Shown in pieces: positions 34,901 through 42,141 of a stretch of DNA of 55,100 nucleotides (the first letter of the stretch is position 1; the number at the start of each line of letters is the position of its first letter). Both the position numbers and the translations under genes were made by a program. This stretch comes from an uncultured virus (IMG/VR IMGVR_UViG_3300037189_011323) (taxonomy: Duplodnaviria > Heunggongvirae > Uroviricota > Caudoviricetes). The notes under the pieces are model-generated. The model did not search any database. It worked only from the letters and a program-made list of their open reading frames with translations, and was not told where the DNA came from. The stretch is taken from positions 62,001 to 117,100 of IMG/VR virus record IMGVR_UViG_3300037189_011323. One strand, given 5' to 3'.

Positions 34901-37488
34901 GTTGCTTTTGCAAATCGCACATATCCAAGTTTAAATGCTGCTTCATATCCATCTATACCTTGGCTATGTAGATAACCTTCGTGATATTCTGGTGGAACAT
35001 AAACAACTTTACGATCAGGCAATATCCAACCATGTGTTTCATTTGGGTCAAGTGCTTCTTCAATGCTTTCAGCCTTTTGCATCCACTTACTTTTAATGTA
35101 TTCAATTACACCCATAGTATCTTTAATATTATTCTGCTGCATGAATCGCACAATCTTGCGACCATTTTCATAATCAGTATCACCAGGCTTTCGTGAATTG
35201 CTTAATTCTCTACGTAAACCAAAGTCATCACCATCAATATTATAATAACGCAAGTCAAACAATATCTTGCTTGCTTCTTTGCTTAATGTTGAACGATTCT
35301 GTCCAAATAACAATTCAACATAAGGAGCCAAATAACTTTTTCTGCTATATTGCTTACGTGATGGTTGTGGACCTTTAAGGATATTCTTTGCCGCACCAAT
35401 TGTAATACTCTTTGCAGTATTTTGTAATCTCCATGCTTCTTCATCGGCATAAAGATATGTTGGAATACCACGCTTTTTTGCAGCAAGTAATACACGGCGC
35501 ACCGCTGGACTTTGGAACTCATGTTGTTCTTTAATTAAAACATGAACACTCATTACTGGTGTAATTGCAATAGTGCCATCACGACTGAATACACGGTCTT
35601 CACTTTCACGATGACGTGTAGTGCTTTGGTCATTCCAATAATCAATTGGTTTTACTTTATAATTTTGGTTTAACCAACGACCATTCAATACAAACATTAC
35701 AGCACTATTACCAACATATTTGTGATAACCACCGCTACGACTGCGTGTAGTGCTTAAAAAGTATGGATAACCTTTTGGTTGTAGTTTATATTCCCAATCA
35801 CTGCCAACAGTGTTGCTCAACTTAAACTCACCACTTGTTAATATTTCAGCGGCAGCAGTTGTTCCTGTGTAATGGTATAGAACATCAGTTGCTAATTCTG
35901 TTAGTGGTTCAACGCCTTCATCAAGTTGTGATTGTATACTTTTAACAATTTGTGGTGATGCTTTTCCGCTTGTCCATTCAGTTTCAATACTGCCATCAGG
36001 ATTCATCCAGAATAATGCTGCTTCACCATTGTCAATAGCATCAAGATAACGATCAGCAACATAGAAATTATGATGGAAATCATTTTCTGCAGCTTTTTCA
36101 TATGTATAGGTTGCTAATACATGACCATCACGTGTATCAAATACACCAATGTAAAATGGTTTACCACGGAAACTACCAACATTCTTGTTGGTGCTTTCTT
36201 CTAAATCTTTACGATGACTACGCTTGTAGTATGAACACCAACCATTAGGCGCAATCTTGCCTTTTACCGCACTACAACCATGAGGAGGACGCCACATAGT
36301 GCAGTGGTCGCAACGTTGACCATTGCGAGGCATTGCCTGATACTTTGCTTCGGCTTTGGTTGATTTTTCTGCGGCTTCTTCAACTTTCTTTTGTGCAAGA
36401 TGCATTATATCTTTTTTAGGAACAACATAAACATCAATGGTTTTCTTGTTCTCTACATCAATCGCTTTTTTCATACGATTTAAACCATCAGCAACACTTA
36501 AATGACCATCATCATTTTGTATTACAAGTAGCGGATAACGTGTGTCAGCATTCTGCATACGCTCACGCTGTGCTGCATTATCTTGCCACCAACTTAAATC
36601 GTGTTTAATTTTATCTAATGGAAAATTCTTGTGCAAATATTGTGGTTTAGATTGTGCAAACTTTAATACCGCTTCTACACTAAACTGATTGCCAGCATCA
36701 TCGCCAAACTTACTACCGTGAAAGTAATCTTTTGCTTCATACTTTGGTAAACCGTATAAATCTAAATCAACACCGTGTGTAGAACCATAATAGGTATCAT
36801 CTACATTTGGTTTATATGGTTTACGACCAACCTTTACAAGTTTTGGTAAATCATCCCAATCACCACCAATGCCTGGTGCTTCTGTAATGTTTTCTTCAAC
36901 TGCTTCGCCTAATCCCAAACCAATACGCACTGCTTGCATAAGTGTTTTGCCATCTACCATGATGTTTTGTGGGACTTGTGTAGCACGTTCAAAAGCATCT
37001 GCATCACCACTCTTTGCTGCTTCACGTGCATTAGTAGCACTGGTTAGTCGTGGACTTTCAACAAATGTAAGTGGTTCAAATTTATAAAAACCGTGTGCAA
37101 CTTCTTTGCCATTATATTGTTCAAGCACTGGACGCATACTTGCCATATCATCTTCGCCAGCAACAAAGGTTGCACTACGGAAACCTTTTTCATAAAGATA
37201 AGCAGCGGCTTGTAGGAATGTTTTAATATTTGGATCTTCTACGATATGACCTTTGGTTTCTGGATATAATGTATAAAGCCAACGTAGTTTTAAATCATAT
37301 GGCAGTGGATTTTTTTTCTTGTCTTGTGACTTACTTAAAAATCCTGCCCATGCACCATTCTTTGCACTGGTAATTGTAGTTTGGATTAATCCCTGATGAC
37401 CAAAATGTGGTGGATTTAGTCTGCCAAAGAAGAAAGAGATATGTGGTCCGCTTGCTTCTTTTAATGTGCTGTTAATAATTGTCATCAT
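28951..37488 (-). CDS. 2845-aa multidomain protein: HIGH nucleotidyltransferase, ParB-like, HiPIP-like, ART-like, two amidoligase domains, short repeats
   Basis: FGRLNPPHFGH...SATNAR; VADGLNR; CDHC...C...GWC; YHYT..STT..ESE; two copies of G(L/F)E(F/T)E...EPDSSL...E(F/L)VSPP...TG(L/F)H...IE(I/F)RS. Confidence 0.85.
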   Translation of the reverse strand: MMTIINSTLKEASGPHISFFFGRLNPPHFGHQGLIQTTITSAKNGAWAGFLSKSQDKKKNPLPYDLKLRWLYTLYPETKGHIVEDPNIKTFLQAAAYLYEKGFRSATFVAGEDDMASMRPVLEQYNGKEVAHGFYKFEPLTFVESPRLTSATNAREAAKSGDADAFERATQVPQNIMVDGKTLMQAVRIGLGLGEAVEENITEAPGIGGDWDDLPKLVKVGRKPYKPNVDDTYYGSTHGVDLDLYGLPKYEAKDYFHGSKFGDDAGNQFSVEAVLKFAQSKPQYLHKNFPLDKIKHDLSWWQDNAAQRERMQNADTRYPLLVIQNDDGHLSVADGLNRMKKAIDVENKKTIDVYVVPKKDIMHLAQKKVEEAAEKSTKAEAKYQAMPRNGQRCDHCTMWRPPHGCSAVKGKIAPNGWCSYYKRSHRKDLEESTNKNVGSFRGKPFYIGVFDTRDGHVLATYTYEKAAENDFHHNFYVADRYLDAIDNGEAALFWMNPDGSIETEWTSGKASPQIVKSIQSQLDEGVEPLTELATDVLYHYTGTTAAAEILTSGEFKLSNTVGSDWEYKLQPKGYPYFLSTTRSRSGGYHKYVGNSAVMFVLNGRWLNQNYKVKPIDYWNDQSTTRHRESEDRVFSRDGTIAITPVMSVHVLIKEQHEFQSPAVRRVLLAAKKRGIPTYLYADEEAWRLQNTAKSITIGAAKNILKGPQPSRKQYSRKSYLAPYVELLFGQNRSTLSKEASKILFDLRYYNIDGDDFGLRRELSNSRKPGDTDYENGRKIVRFMQQNNIKDTMGVIEYIKSKWMQKAESIEEALDPNETHGWILPDRKVVYVPPEYHEGYLHSQGIDGYEAAFKLGYVRFAKATVTFFVQGTLPDLRKTYRVYAQTALGFKNIAVDIIIDGTIDNQLSYDYVMPRDKVKFMRLLGPQKQSEHAPSILGTVGGGPTLTDRAVAKFPWDEYPRGDQQSPKIPWLEDVVLGDSLITEELLNEVAMSPTALKKAVDALPLARAGLEFELIVTEFEDDDDYDPYEDFDSEPDYDQDGNIFADNLTDLQNSIMEFFRGDHNTRRDIQQVQESIAGEYETYAKIAFDNWANSQESGQTDTRYQVWLDKTYGRDYEKQGELFPEIPPIDAYMRFTRENYEKWYDKASEDGSLVEDFLDSVIGGDTYSDIHNYFSGTINWPHWTEPDYDNSRGRGDGPPARSFSQAVGYDIQVSGGYHTQRQKPNYFKVEPDSSLHASSGRGGEGWEFVSPPLTIPQMVDVIKKVAAWAKSGNAYTNKTTGLHMNVSLPGYSLQNLDYVKMALFLGDKYVLDTFGRLGNNYAVSALDKVATVIKRNPGKAEQAISMIRTNLNKTVSKMIHDTNTDKFTSINTKDNRIEIRSPGGNWLDMDLDKVINTLYRTVYALSIAIDPEAEKQEYAKKFYKLLATNAPKEDTDTIKYFSQYVSGTIPKTALLSHVRNEQRKRAISRDKKGSGVEEYEVRTKNGTVLKKFYGNDPYEVYDDARNWTSSDSGYYLQDVMLVRLKNATYVSGLMPALPPLAFVASDTGIGSGSNRYEIVYKDTELAVQIVRADNKYDASDLAFRWLRGRGVNYNNYELKHNYMGVNTYYNVFTANETRRSEPQQTQTPQDAQQNFMLFINGSRQVTMFGTLLDVMDRARGYGRRIARDGGYPDSVQLQAPSGEMIDVPQFMTRRETDAQTVGQTQTAATIPQMPYQTAGAVFQMRTSSGDRVIAQGTYTTTQEAIAAAREYANRNNIALDSYNLFRPNETQQASQSGQQFEILSQGGVVHRFTADSQAAAYQYARQWADDNRLINGRWEWRTVGGASAQPVQQQQSGGTYVVVNRSDGTELLATQARSFYQASQAAQSFAQQRGLSLANIAIRTPNNNNLWDAQGQLIPQPRPQPEQQRQYADWEIQRGYDIAGNTIPPLIIAQHRATPQGETTYNIVGSMGGVYHTFTAASETAARRYAQSWATEHNMGPGYTIVAVPERNESIEESLTESFLAEVKMNPKSLEAFAKSEFAQQMRVGFETEMYVPGLQGEEEDPEPDYDQDEDFPADETYKDRQRMIIDFFTEGDYGNSRRSVERALEAFYENFSDYVSDQYYEYENSDEWKQAIADEVGVDDYSEVTEEQKDEAESSVRENWENENDKENWQDFLRIHEIDTMQGFARYINRETNVDSLDWPYMTDGSSSGDVTYDDLVNSFENATGYSAVESSGYHGTSRGDYWIFEPDSSLDSPEDFEDGGVELVSPPMLLDDALEALNNVFTWAKRNRYYTNRTTGFHIGVSVPDQTMANINHLKLILLLGDKYVLDRFERLNSRWTKSMFDQAYKATETRDFRKSLPKILDDARAGLLDQTNREVNKIISGTKGDRYVSVNIKSNYIEFRSAGGNYFEKYDEIRNTMLRYVRAMAAAADPEDSKQEYHKKFYKLIVDSVKKDSSTVDIFAKYVTGDIDKEELVRQVQAVRKSREPVKPIGQGKITAKIETKLGDEVVEVHGEQLYEMIKLAYDWLNERNMDTQAYLLKFPYFNIYVTTIYMQGNGLKNREYSRLGLYPNQANTDEIEFEAVKNLIPNVSREDVKNYLNVIGYNYSDNNIASLYGEIIKIERNGLDGKPNAEQVYNTLAYRIEDYDDHIIARFDPAKYTQDQVAEIADYYANAFDNNMIVYRGNRRLHWGSRNARQAIGKQDINHIVVVGSGKIEFYVVSDTNNFVFVRVRGDSEESALANLNNGGYRNIANNISNGNGPYHLVTPTDYKTGVRKPKPQPKPQPQRSNVIVDRIGRANASKVFALYRDTSVDRFIEVGADTPTEAYEILVKHYKEAGGQALLDTFTREYETGRLSLREV

Positions 37489-37490
37489 AT

Positions 37491-37517
37491 AATCCAGATA
37501 AAATATTTATCTGGATT
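37491..37517 (-). promoter_or_regulatory. late promoter TAAATA inside an RBS-sequestering hairpin
   Basis: aatccagataaa/tttatctggatt 12-bp stem; tattta at 37504-37509; stem ends 2 nt before the ATG. Confidence 0.7.
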
Positions 37518-37918
37518 CATTTAGAACGATTTTTACTATAGTAGCCATTCTTAATTGCTCTTATTGTTTTAAGAGCATGGTATCTTTGTTTTAAATCACC
37601 CTTTTTCTTATATTCTGCGCTTTTAAAGTGTGGATTAGCGTCAAGTTCTTTGTGTTGTCTTAATAAATCTTCTTCTGTATCGTTATCATATTCATGTGGT
37701 CTGTATGTTACAACTTGATATGGGAAATGTATTCCCTTGTTCATTGTTGCAAGATTTTGTTCTACCCAATCTGCACCAATACGATCAGCTTCATCTTGAG
37801 AATCTGCACTAAAAGTATCAACTGTTCTGTATGAACGTTGATTGTATGCATTTGGAAATAATAATTGTACGGCATATGTTTGTTGGGTATCTTCGCCAAT
37901 TATTTCACTATAACGCAT
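37517..37918 (-). CDS. putative internal head protein sharing the short repeat of the giant protein
   Basis: Leader MRYSEIIGE; TFSADSQDEADRIGADW resembles RFTADSQAAAYQYARQW; late motif at 37938-37943. Confidence 0.65.
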   Translation of the reverse strand: MRYSEIIGEDTQQTYAVQLLFPNAYNQRSYRTVDTFSADSQDEADRIGADWVEQNLATMNKGIHFPYQVVTYRPHEYDNDTEEDLLRQHKELDANPHFKSAEYKKKGDLKQRYHALKTIRAIKNGYYSKNRSK

Positions 37919-37943
37919 CTTATAATCCTTCAAGTATTATTTA

Positions 37944-39083
37944 TTAGGTTGGTGTCCAACGATGTCTTGGAACCAATTTAACATTAGGTTCACCAGCTTT
38001 ACCATAAGCAACATAGCCCTCACCACCAGGCTCACCTTTTGTAGTTTGTGTAATGTCACTTAGTTCACTGTCAATTTGTTCAATAATATTATTCTTGATA
38101 GCACGTAGATTTTCTAATACATTAAATGTAGCAAGGAATCCACGACTATTCTTGTTTACCCATTCAGTAATCTTATTCTGCATAGGAACACTTTGGCGAC
38201 TGCTTGGTAACCATTCTAAAAACTTGTTAGCAAGTCCAGTTGTAATACCACTACGTGCCATTTGGTTGTTAAAATTATATAATACTTGCTTAAATCCAGA
38301 CATCTTCATAGCTGCAAGATTCTGGTCATTTAAGAAATTATCAATAGCAATCTTATTTGTGGCAACATACTTCTGTAAATTAGCAAGTGCAGTTGTATCT
38401 ATTTTTGGTTGTGATTGGGCATAACGTGGACCTAATACAATCAAGCCAGCAGTTTTATTAAATGCTGTAAAATCATTTATAGGTTGTTGCTCATCATCAC
38501 TTAAACCAAACTCTGGGAAGTAAGCATGACCAACAGCTGCTGCTGTGCTTTTTGCAATACGTTGTCCAAGTTCACTATTTGCCTTAACACTGTATGTTAC
38601 ATTGTTTGGTGTAAATGTGTAAGCACCGTCTTTAAGTGGTGGACGATTCATATAAAGTAAATCAGCATATACATAACCACGAAATTCTTTCGGTGTAGCT
38701 GCTTCAAATAGCGGCCAAAGGCTTGCAAATTGTGTAGCAAATGCTTGTCTTTGCTTGATTTCTTCTGGTGTTTCTGCTTTACCAGTTTGCATAATAAAAC
38801 GTGCAAGGTCACCTGCACTTTGTGATTTACCATCTATGGTTCGTTTTAACCAACCGTTGTGACCAACCATGATGAATTTACCATCAGGTTCACGTCCCCA
38901 ATATACTTGTGGTTTGCCATCCCATTTCCAACGAATATTTTGCTGTGGATTTTTGGCAATTTCTGCAAGTTTGTTTATTGCAGTAGTTGCACCCAAACTA
39001 CCACTTATAAGAACCAAGTCTTCAATATGTTGGAAAGCACGACCAACTTTTGGTGCTTCGGTAAGGATTTGGTTTATAAACAT
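37944..39083 (-). CDS. RNA-ligase-like nucleotidyltransferase with internal-protein leader
   Basis: KWDG (motif I KxDG), GEGYV (motif IV), KLV (motif V); leader MFINQILTEA. Confidence 0.55.
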   Translation of the reverse strand: MFINQILTEAPKVGRAFQHIEDLVLISGSLGATTAINKLAEIAKNPQQNIRWKWDGKPQVYWGREPDGKFIMVGHNGWLKRTIDGKSQSAGDLARFIMQTGKAETPEEIKQRQAFATQFASLWPLFEAATPKEFRGYVYADLLYMNRPPLKDGAYTFTPNNVTYSVKANSELGQRIAKSTAAAVGHAYFPEFGLSDDEQQPINDFTAFNKTAGLIVLGPRYAQSQPKIDTTALANLQKYVATNKIAIDNFLNDQNLAAMKMSGFKQVLYNFNNQMARSGITTGLANKFLEWLPSSRQSVPMQNKITEWVNKNSRGFLATFNVLENLRAIKNNIIEQIDSELSDITQTTKGEPGGEGYVAYGKAGEPNVKLVPRHRWTPT

Positions 39084-39724
39084 TATAAAATATTTAGTTT
39101 GTTTTTTCTATATGGGCCACGAGATTTTCCTTTTCTTGCATTCCCCATTTTAATACGTGTTTCACTTGATAAAGTTCTTCCTTTAAGAGATGAACTTATT
39201 TTTTGTTTTGTTTCTTCCGAACGTTTTTTTCCTTTATTTGCATTACCTATTTTTTCACAAATTTCTTTATTGTTTGGGTTATTTTTCTTTACTTTGCTTA
39301 ATTTGGCACGATGCTCTGGTGATTTTATTTTTCCTTTTGTTGCAATACTTAAATTATCGCAATGTTTTTTGGAAAATATTCTGCCTTTTTGTACAATACT
39401 CATTTTAATTCGTGTTTCTTTGGATGGTGATAATCCACTTATTCCATCGCCGCCATCTGTTTTATTATGTAATATACCAGTGCCAATATCTTTGCGACCA
39501 TACCACGCAATCATACGCCGTTCTATTGCTAATGCACCTATTTCGGTTAAATTATGTTCTAAAATAATAATATTATTTTTGTTTTTTGGTGTAGACGTAT
39601 TATAATGCTTTTCATATGCACGTCTATCTTTGCCTTTACCAATATAATATGGAGTTAAATCATCTGCTCTTATATAAGCATATACGTAATATCCGCTTGG
39701 CGGATTAGTGCTGGTAAATACCAT
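39083..39724 (-). mobile_element. free-standing GIY-YIG-type homing endonuclease with NUMOD3 repeats
   Basis: YYVYAY...[19 protein letters not shown]; several S-x-E-T-R/K-x-K-M/I repeats; start likely ATG 39724. Confidence 0.85.
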
Positions 39725-39744
39725 TGCTGTGTTCCCTATAAACA

Positions 39745-39789
39745 TAGAGTAGGTAGGGCTGCAACCCGTGACCTACACTATTATTTATA
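39745..39789 (-). promoter_or_regulatory. T4-type late promoter TATAAATA followed by a structured leader
   Basis: tatttata 39782-39789; stem gtaggt 39749-39754 / acctac 39771-39776 with inner ggg/ccc pairing. Confidence 0.7.
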
Positions 39790-39800
39790 ATTTAATTATA

Positions 39801-40277
39801 TTACAAATTTTCTAAAAACCACATATAGGTTGGAACAGAGAACTTTAATCGCCATTCACCATTCCATCCTAAATTTTTATAACTGTCTGGAAGTGGTTCT
39901 GCTTCATACTCTGCTGAACCATTGATTTGTTTATGATATTTTCCAAGACTGTAAAACAAATAGTCTAATTCAATTTCATCAATTTCTATTTGTTTAATGT
40001 TTAACAATTGGTCTGCAAGTATATTACCATTTTCATCAACGGGTGTGTGACGATTCTGTTTATCAACAAGTCTTATCTGTAAAACATGATCGCCTTCAAT
40101 TAAATCTTTGCTAAAAGTGATGACTTTTTCATCACCACTTTCTGCTTTTTCTACAACTTCACCAGATTCAATAAGTTCACCATCAAGTAGCACTTGGTAT
40201 TTTGGCGGTTCATTATGCCAAATACTATCTAAAATAACTTTAAATTCTACAAGTTCACTATCAAGTTCTTCACTCAT
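39801..40277 (-). CDS. hypothetical beta-sandwich protein
   Basis: LGWNGEW...PTYMWFLENL C-terminus. Confidence 0.7.
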   Translation of the reverse strand: MSEELDSELVEFKVILDSIWHNEPPKYQVLLDGELIESGEVVEKAESGDEKVITFSKDLIEGDHVLQIRLVDKQNRHTPVDENGNILADQLLNIKQIEIDEIELDYLFYSLGKYHKQINGSAEYEAEPLPDSYKNLGWNGEWRLKFSVPTYMWFLENL

Positions 40278-40280
40278 TGT

Positions 40281-41204
40281 TTAGCCTTTCTTAATGGCAT
40301 CCTTGTTAATGTTTTTATTTAATTTTAATTTAATTGGTTGTGGTGCTGCACCTGGTGGTTGTGGAGCCTGACCGCCCTGTGGTTGTTCAAGTGGATATTT
40401 TGCATCTGGATTAAGATGATGTGCACCACCATTGCTAATTTGGTTAGTAAGAACCTTCTTAAGTTCTTCTACGTTACCTTCATACTTGTGATAACCAGTG
40501 TGGTCAAGTTTAATACCTGTATCAGCAAAAATCTTACCACCAGCCATACGCCATAGGTAACAGAATGTCCAATCTTCGGAAAGATAATTGTCATCCTTGT
40601 CAATCATGGTATCAAACAAACCATACATAAGTGGTTCATATTGCGGACCAATACCGATATTATCACGATATTTTAATTCTGGATGTAGGTTGATAAGTTG
40701 TTCAATCACCTGACGCTTTACCATCATGAAACCAGTTCCCAATGTAGAAACTTCAACGAGGTCACCCATAGTAACTGGATTTGGAACAGTGTTAATAACA
40801 TAACGAATTGGAATACGCTTCATTGGATAAACACCACCAACAACATCTTGGTTGGCAAGTAATAGACGAATGATTGCTTCTGGATCAAAACCAAGGTCAA
40901 CGTCAATAAACATCAAATGTGTAGCAGCTTGGTTAAACAAGAACTTTGCAACAAGGTTATTACGACCACGAGTAATAAGTGATTCGTTAACCATTGTATC
41001 AATGCTATAGTTAAGTCCCATCTTACCAGCAATGATACCAAACTTAATCATTGCGATAAAGGTTGCTTCATTACAAAGTCCACCATACATTGGCAAACAG
41101 AAATGAATATGTTGTTTTCTTAAAAAATCCAATGCCTCTTGTGGCAAACCAAAGGTATTATCTTGTTGTGGTTGATTTAATTGTTCTGTCATTGATCTTT
41201 CCAT
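40281..41204 (-). CDS. GT-A fold glycosyltransferase-like protein
   Basis: NESLITRGRN, THLMFIDVD (DxD), GTGFMMVKR, YLSEDWTFC, LDHTG. Confidence 0.75.
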   Translation of the reverse strand: MERSMTEQLNQPQQDNTFGLPQEALDFLRKQHIHFCLPMYGGLCNEATFIAMIKFGIIAGKMGLNYSIDTMVNESLITRGRNNLVAKFLFNQAATHLMFIDVDLGFDPEAIIRLLLANQDVVGGVYPMKRIPIRYVINTVPNPVTMGDLVEVSTLGTGFMMVKRQVIEQLINLHPELKYRDNIGIGPQYEPLMYGLFDTMIDKDDNYLSEDWTFCYLWRMAGGKIFADTGIKLDHTGYHKYEGNVEELKKVLTNQISNGGAHHLNPDAKYPLEQPQGGQAPQPPGAAPQPIKLKLNKNINKDAIKKG

Positions 41205-41253
41205 AAAGTGTAGATATAATTAGTTATCTACTACAAGCAGTATGACAGAATTT

Positions 41254-41625
41254 TTATGTATTGTAAAGAACTTGATTAATATTACCAGAAGTAAAGTTAG
41301 TAATATGTGCACGGCACCATACAAAATTACCAGTAAAATTAAAGAAATAACTACCAGTGATTGGTGTAGTTCCATCACCAATTATAGTTGATGTAATATC
41401 AAACCAATCACTGTCGGTTGGGTTTTGTAGTAATGATGCTTGGAAATCAATAATCCCAACAAAGTTAGATAAGTTGTAACTTACTGTATGCAAACCATCT
41501 GTGTAACCATAGTATCCATTACCTTTAACTTTGTCACTGCTCCAAGTTGTGCTACTGCCATTATATGGTCCATTTGCTTGACCATATGCAATAGAATTTA
41601 ACACTACTTGTGGGATACTACTCAT
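41254..41625 (-). CDS. probable structural beta-rich protein
   Basis: Ser/Thr/Gly/Asn-rich; NFTGNFVWCRA. Confidence 0.6.
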   Translation of the reverse strand: MSSIPQVVLNSIAYGQANGPYNGSSTTWSSDKVKGNGYYGYTDGLHTVSYNLSNFVGIIDFQASLLQNPTDSDWFDITSTIIGDGTTPITGSYFFNFTGNFVWCRAHITNFTSGNINQVLYNT

Positions 41626-41627
41626 TA

Positions 41628-41798
41628 TTATTCCGCTTTTTCAATTTCAACGATTACTTTTTCACCAACAAGTTCCTGAACAACTGCTTCAATGTTTTCA
41701 ACAACATCACTACTGATGATTGTTTTTGAACTTGATTCTTTGTCAGCAACAAGTTTGCTTACTTTGATAACCAATACTTCTTCGTAGATTTTTGCCAT
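41628..41798 (-). CDS. small hypothetical protein (56 aa, not in ORF track)
   Basis: Manual translation MAKIYEEVLVIKVSKLVADK...VQELVGEKVIVEIEKAE; GGAG SD and TAAATA at 41814-41819; fills the gap. Confidence 0.7.
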   Translation of the reverse strand: MAKIYEEVLVIKVSKLVADKESSSKTIISSDVVENIEAVVQELVGEKVIVEIEKAE

Positions 41799-41799
41799 C

Positions 41800-42141
41800 T
41801 TATGACTCCATAGTATTTATTCGTGGTTTACGTCCACGCTTTTTACCACCACCACGTGCGGTGCCATTTGGTTTAATATCATAGGCAAGGCCAAGACGTG
41901 TAGGTTCCATACCATCAATTTCCATAATTTTATCAGTTGGAACACTAAACTTACGACCATTTCTATGACTTGCAATAAACTTAAAACTGTTATCTTCCCA
42001 AACTACATTATCTACATTTAAGAATAGTTCTTGTTCACCTGGCATACCACCAAAAACTTGAACAGGACATTTAGCAAGTATTCTTGTTTTTCTATTAATT
42101 ACTTTCTTTTCAATTAATGCACGTGTTAGATCTGTATTCAT
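41800..42141 (-). CDS. hypothetical protein
   Basis: IDGMEPTRLG motif; basic KKRGRKP tail. Confidence 0.7.
   Translation of the reverse strand: MNTDLTRALIEKKVINRKTRILAKCPVQVFGGMPGEQELFLNVDNVVWEDNSFKFIASHRNGRKFSVPTDKIMEIDGMEPTRLGLAYDIKPNGTARGGGKKRGRKPRINTMES

Noticed and set aside
38859..39605. 248-aa plus-strand ORF
   Set aside because: Phe/Leu-rich mirror of the Lys-rich endonuclease gene; no independent support.
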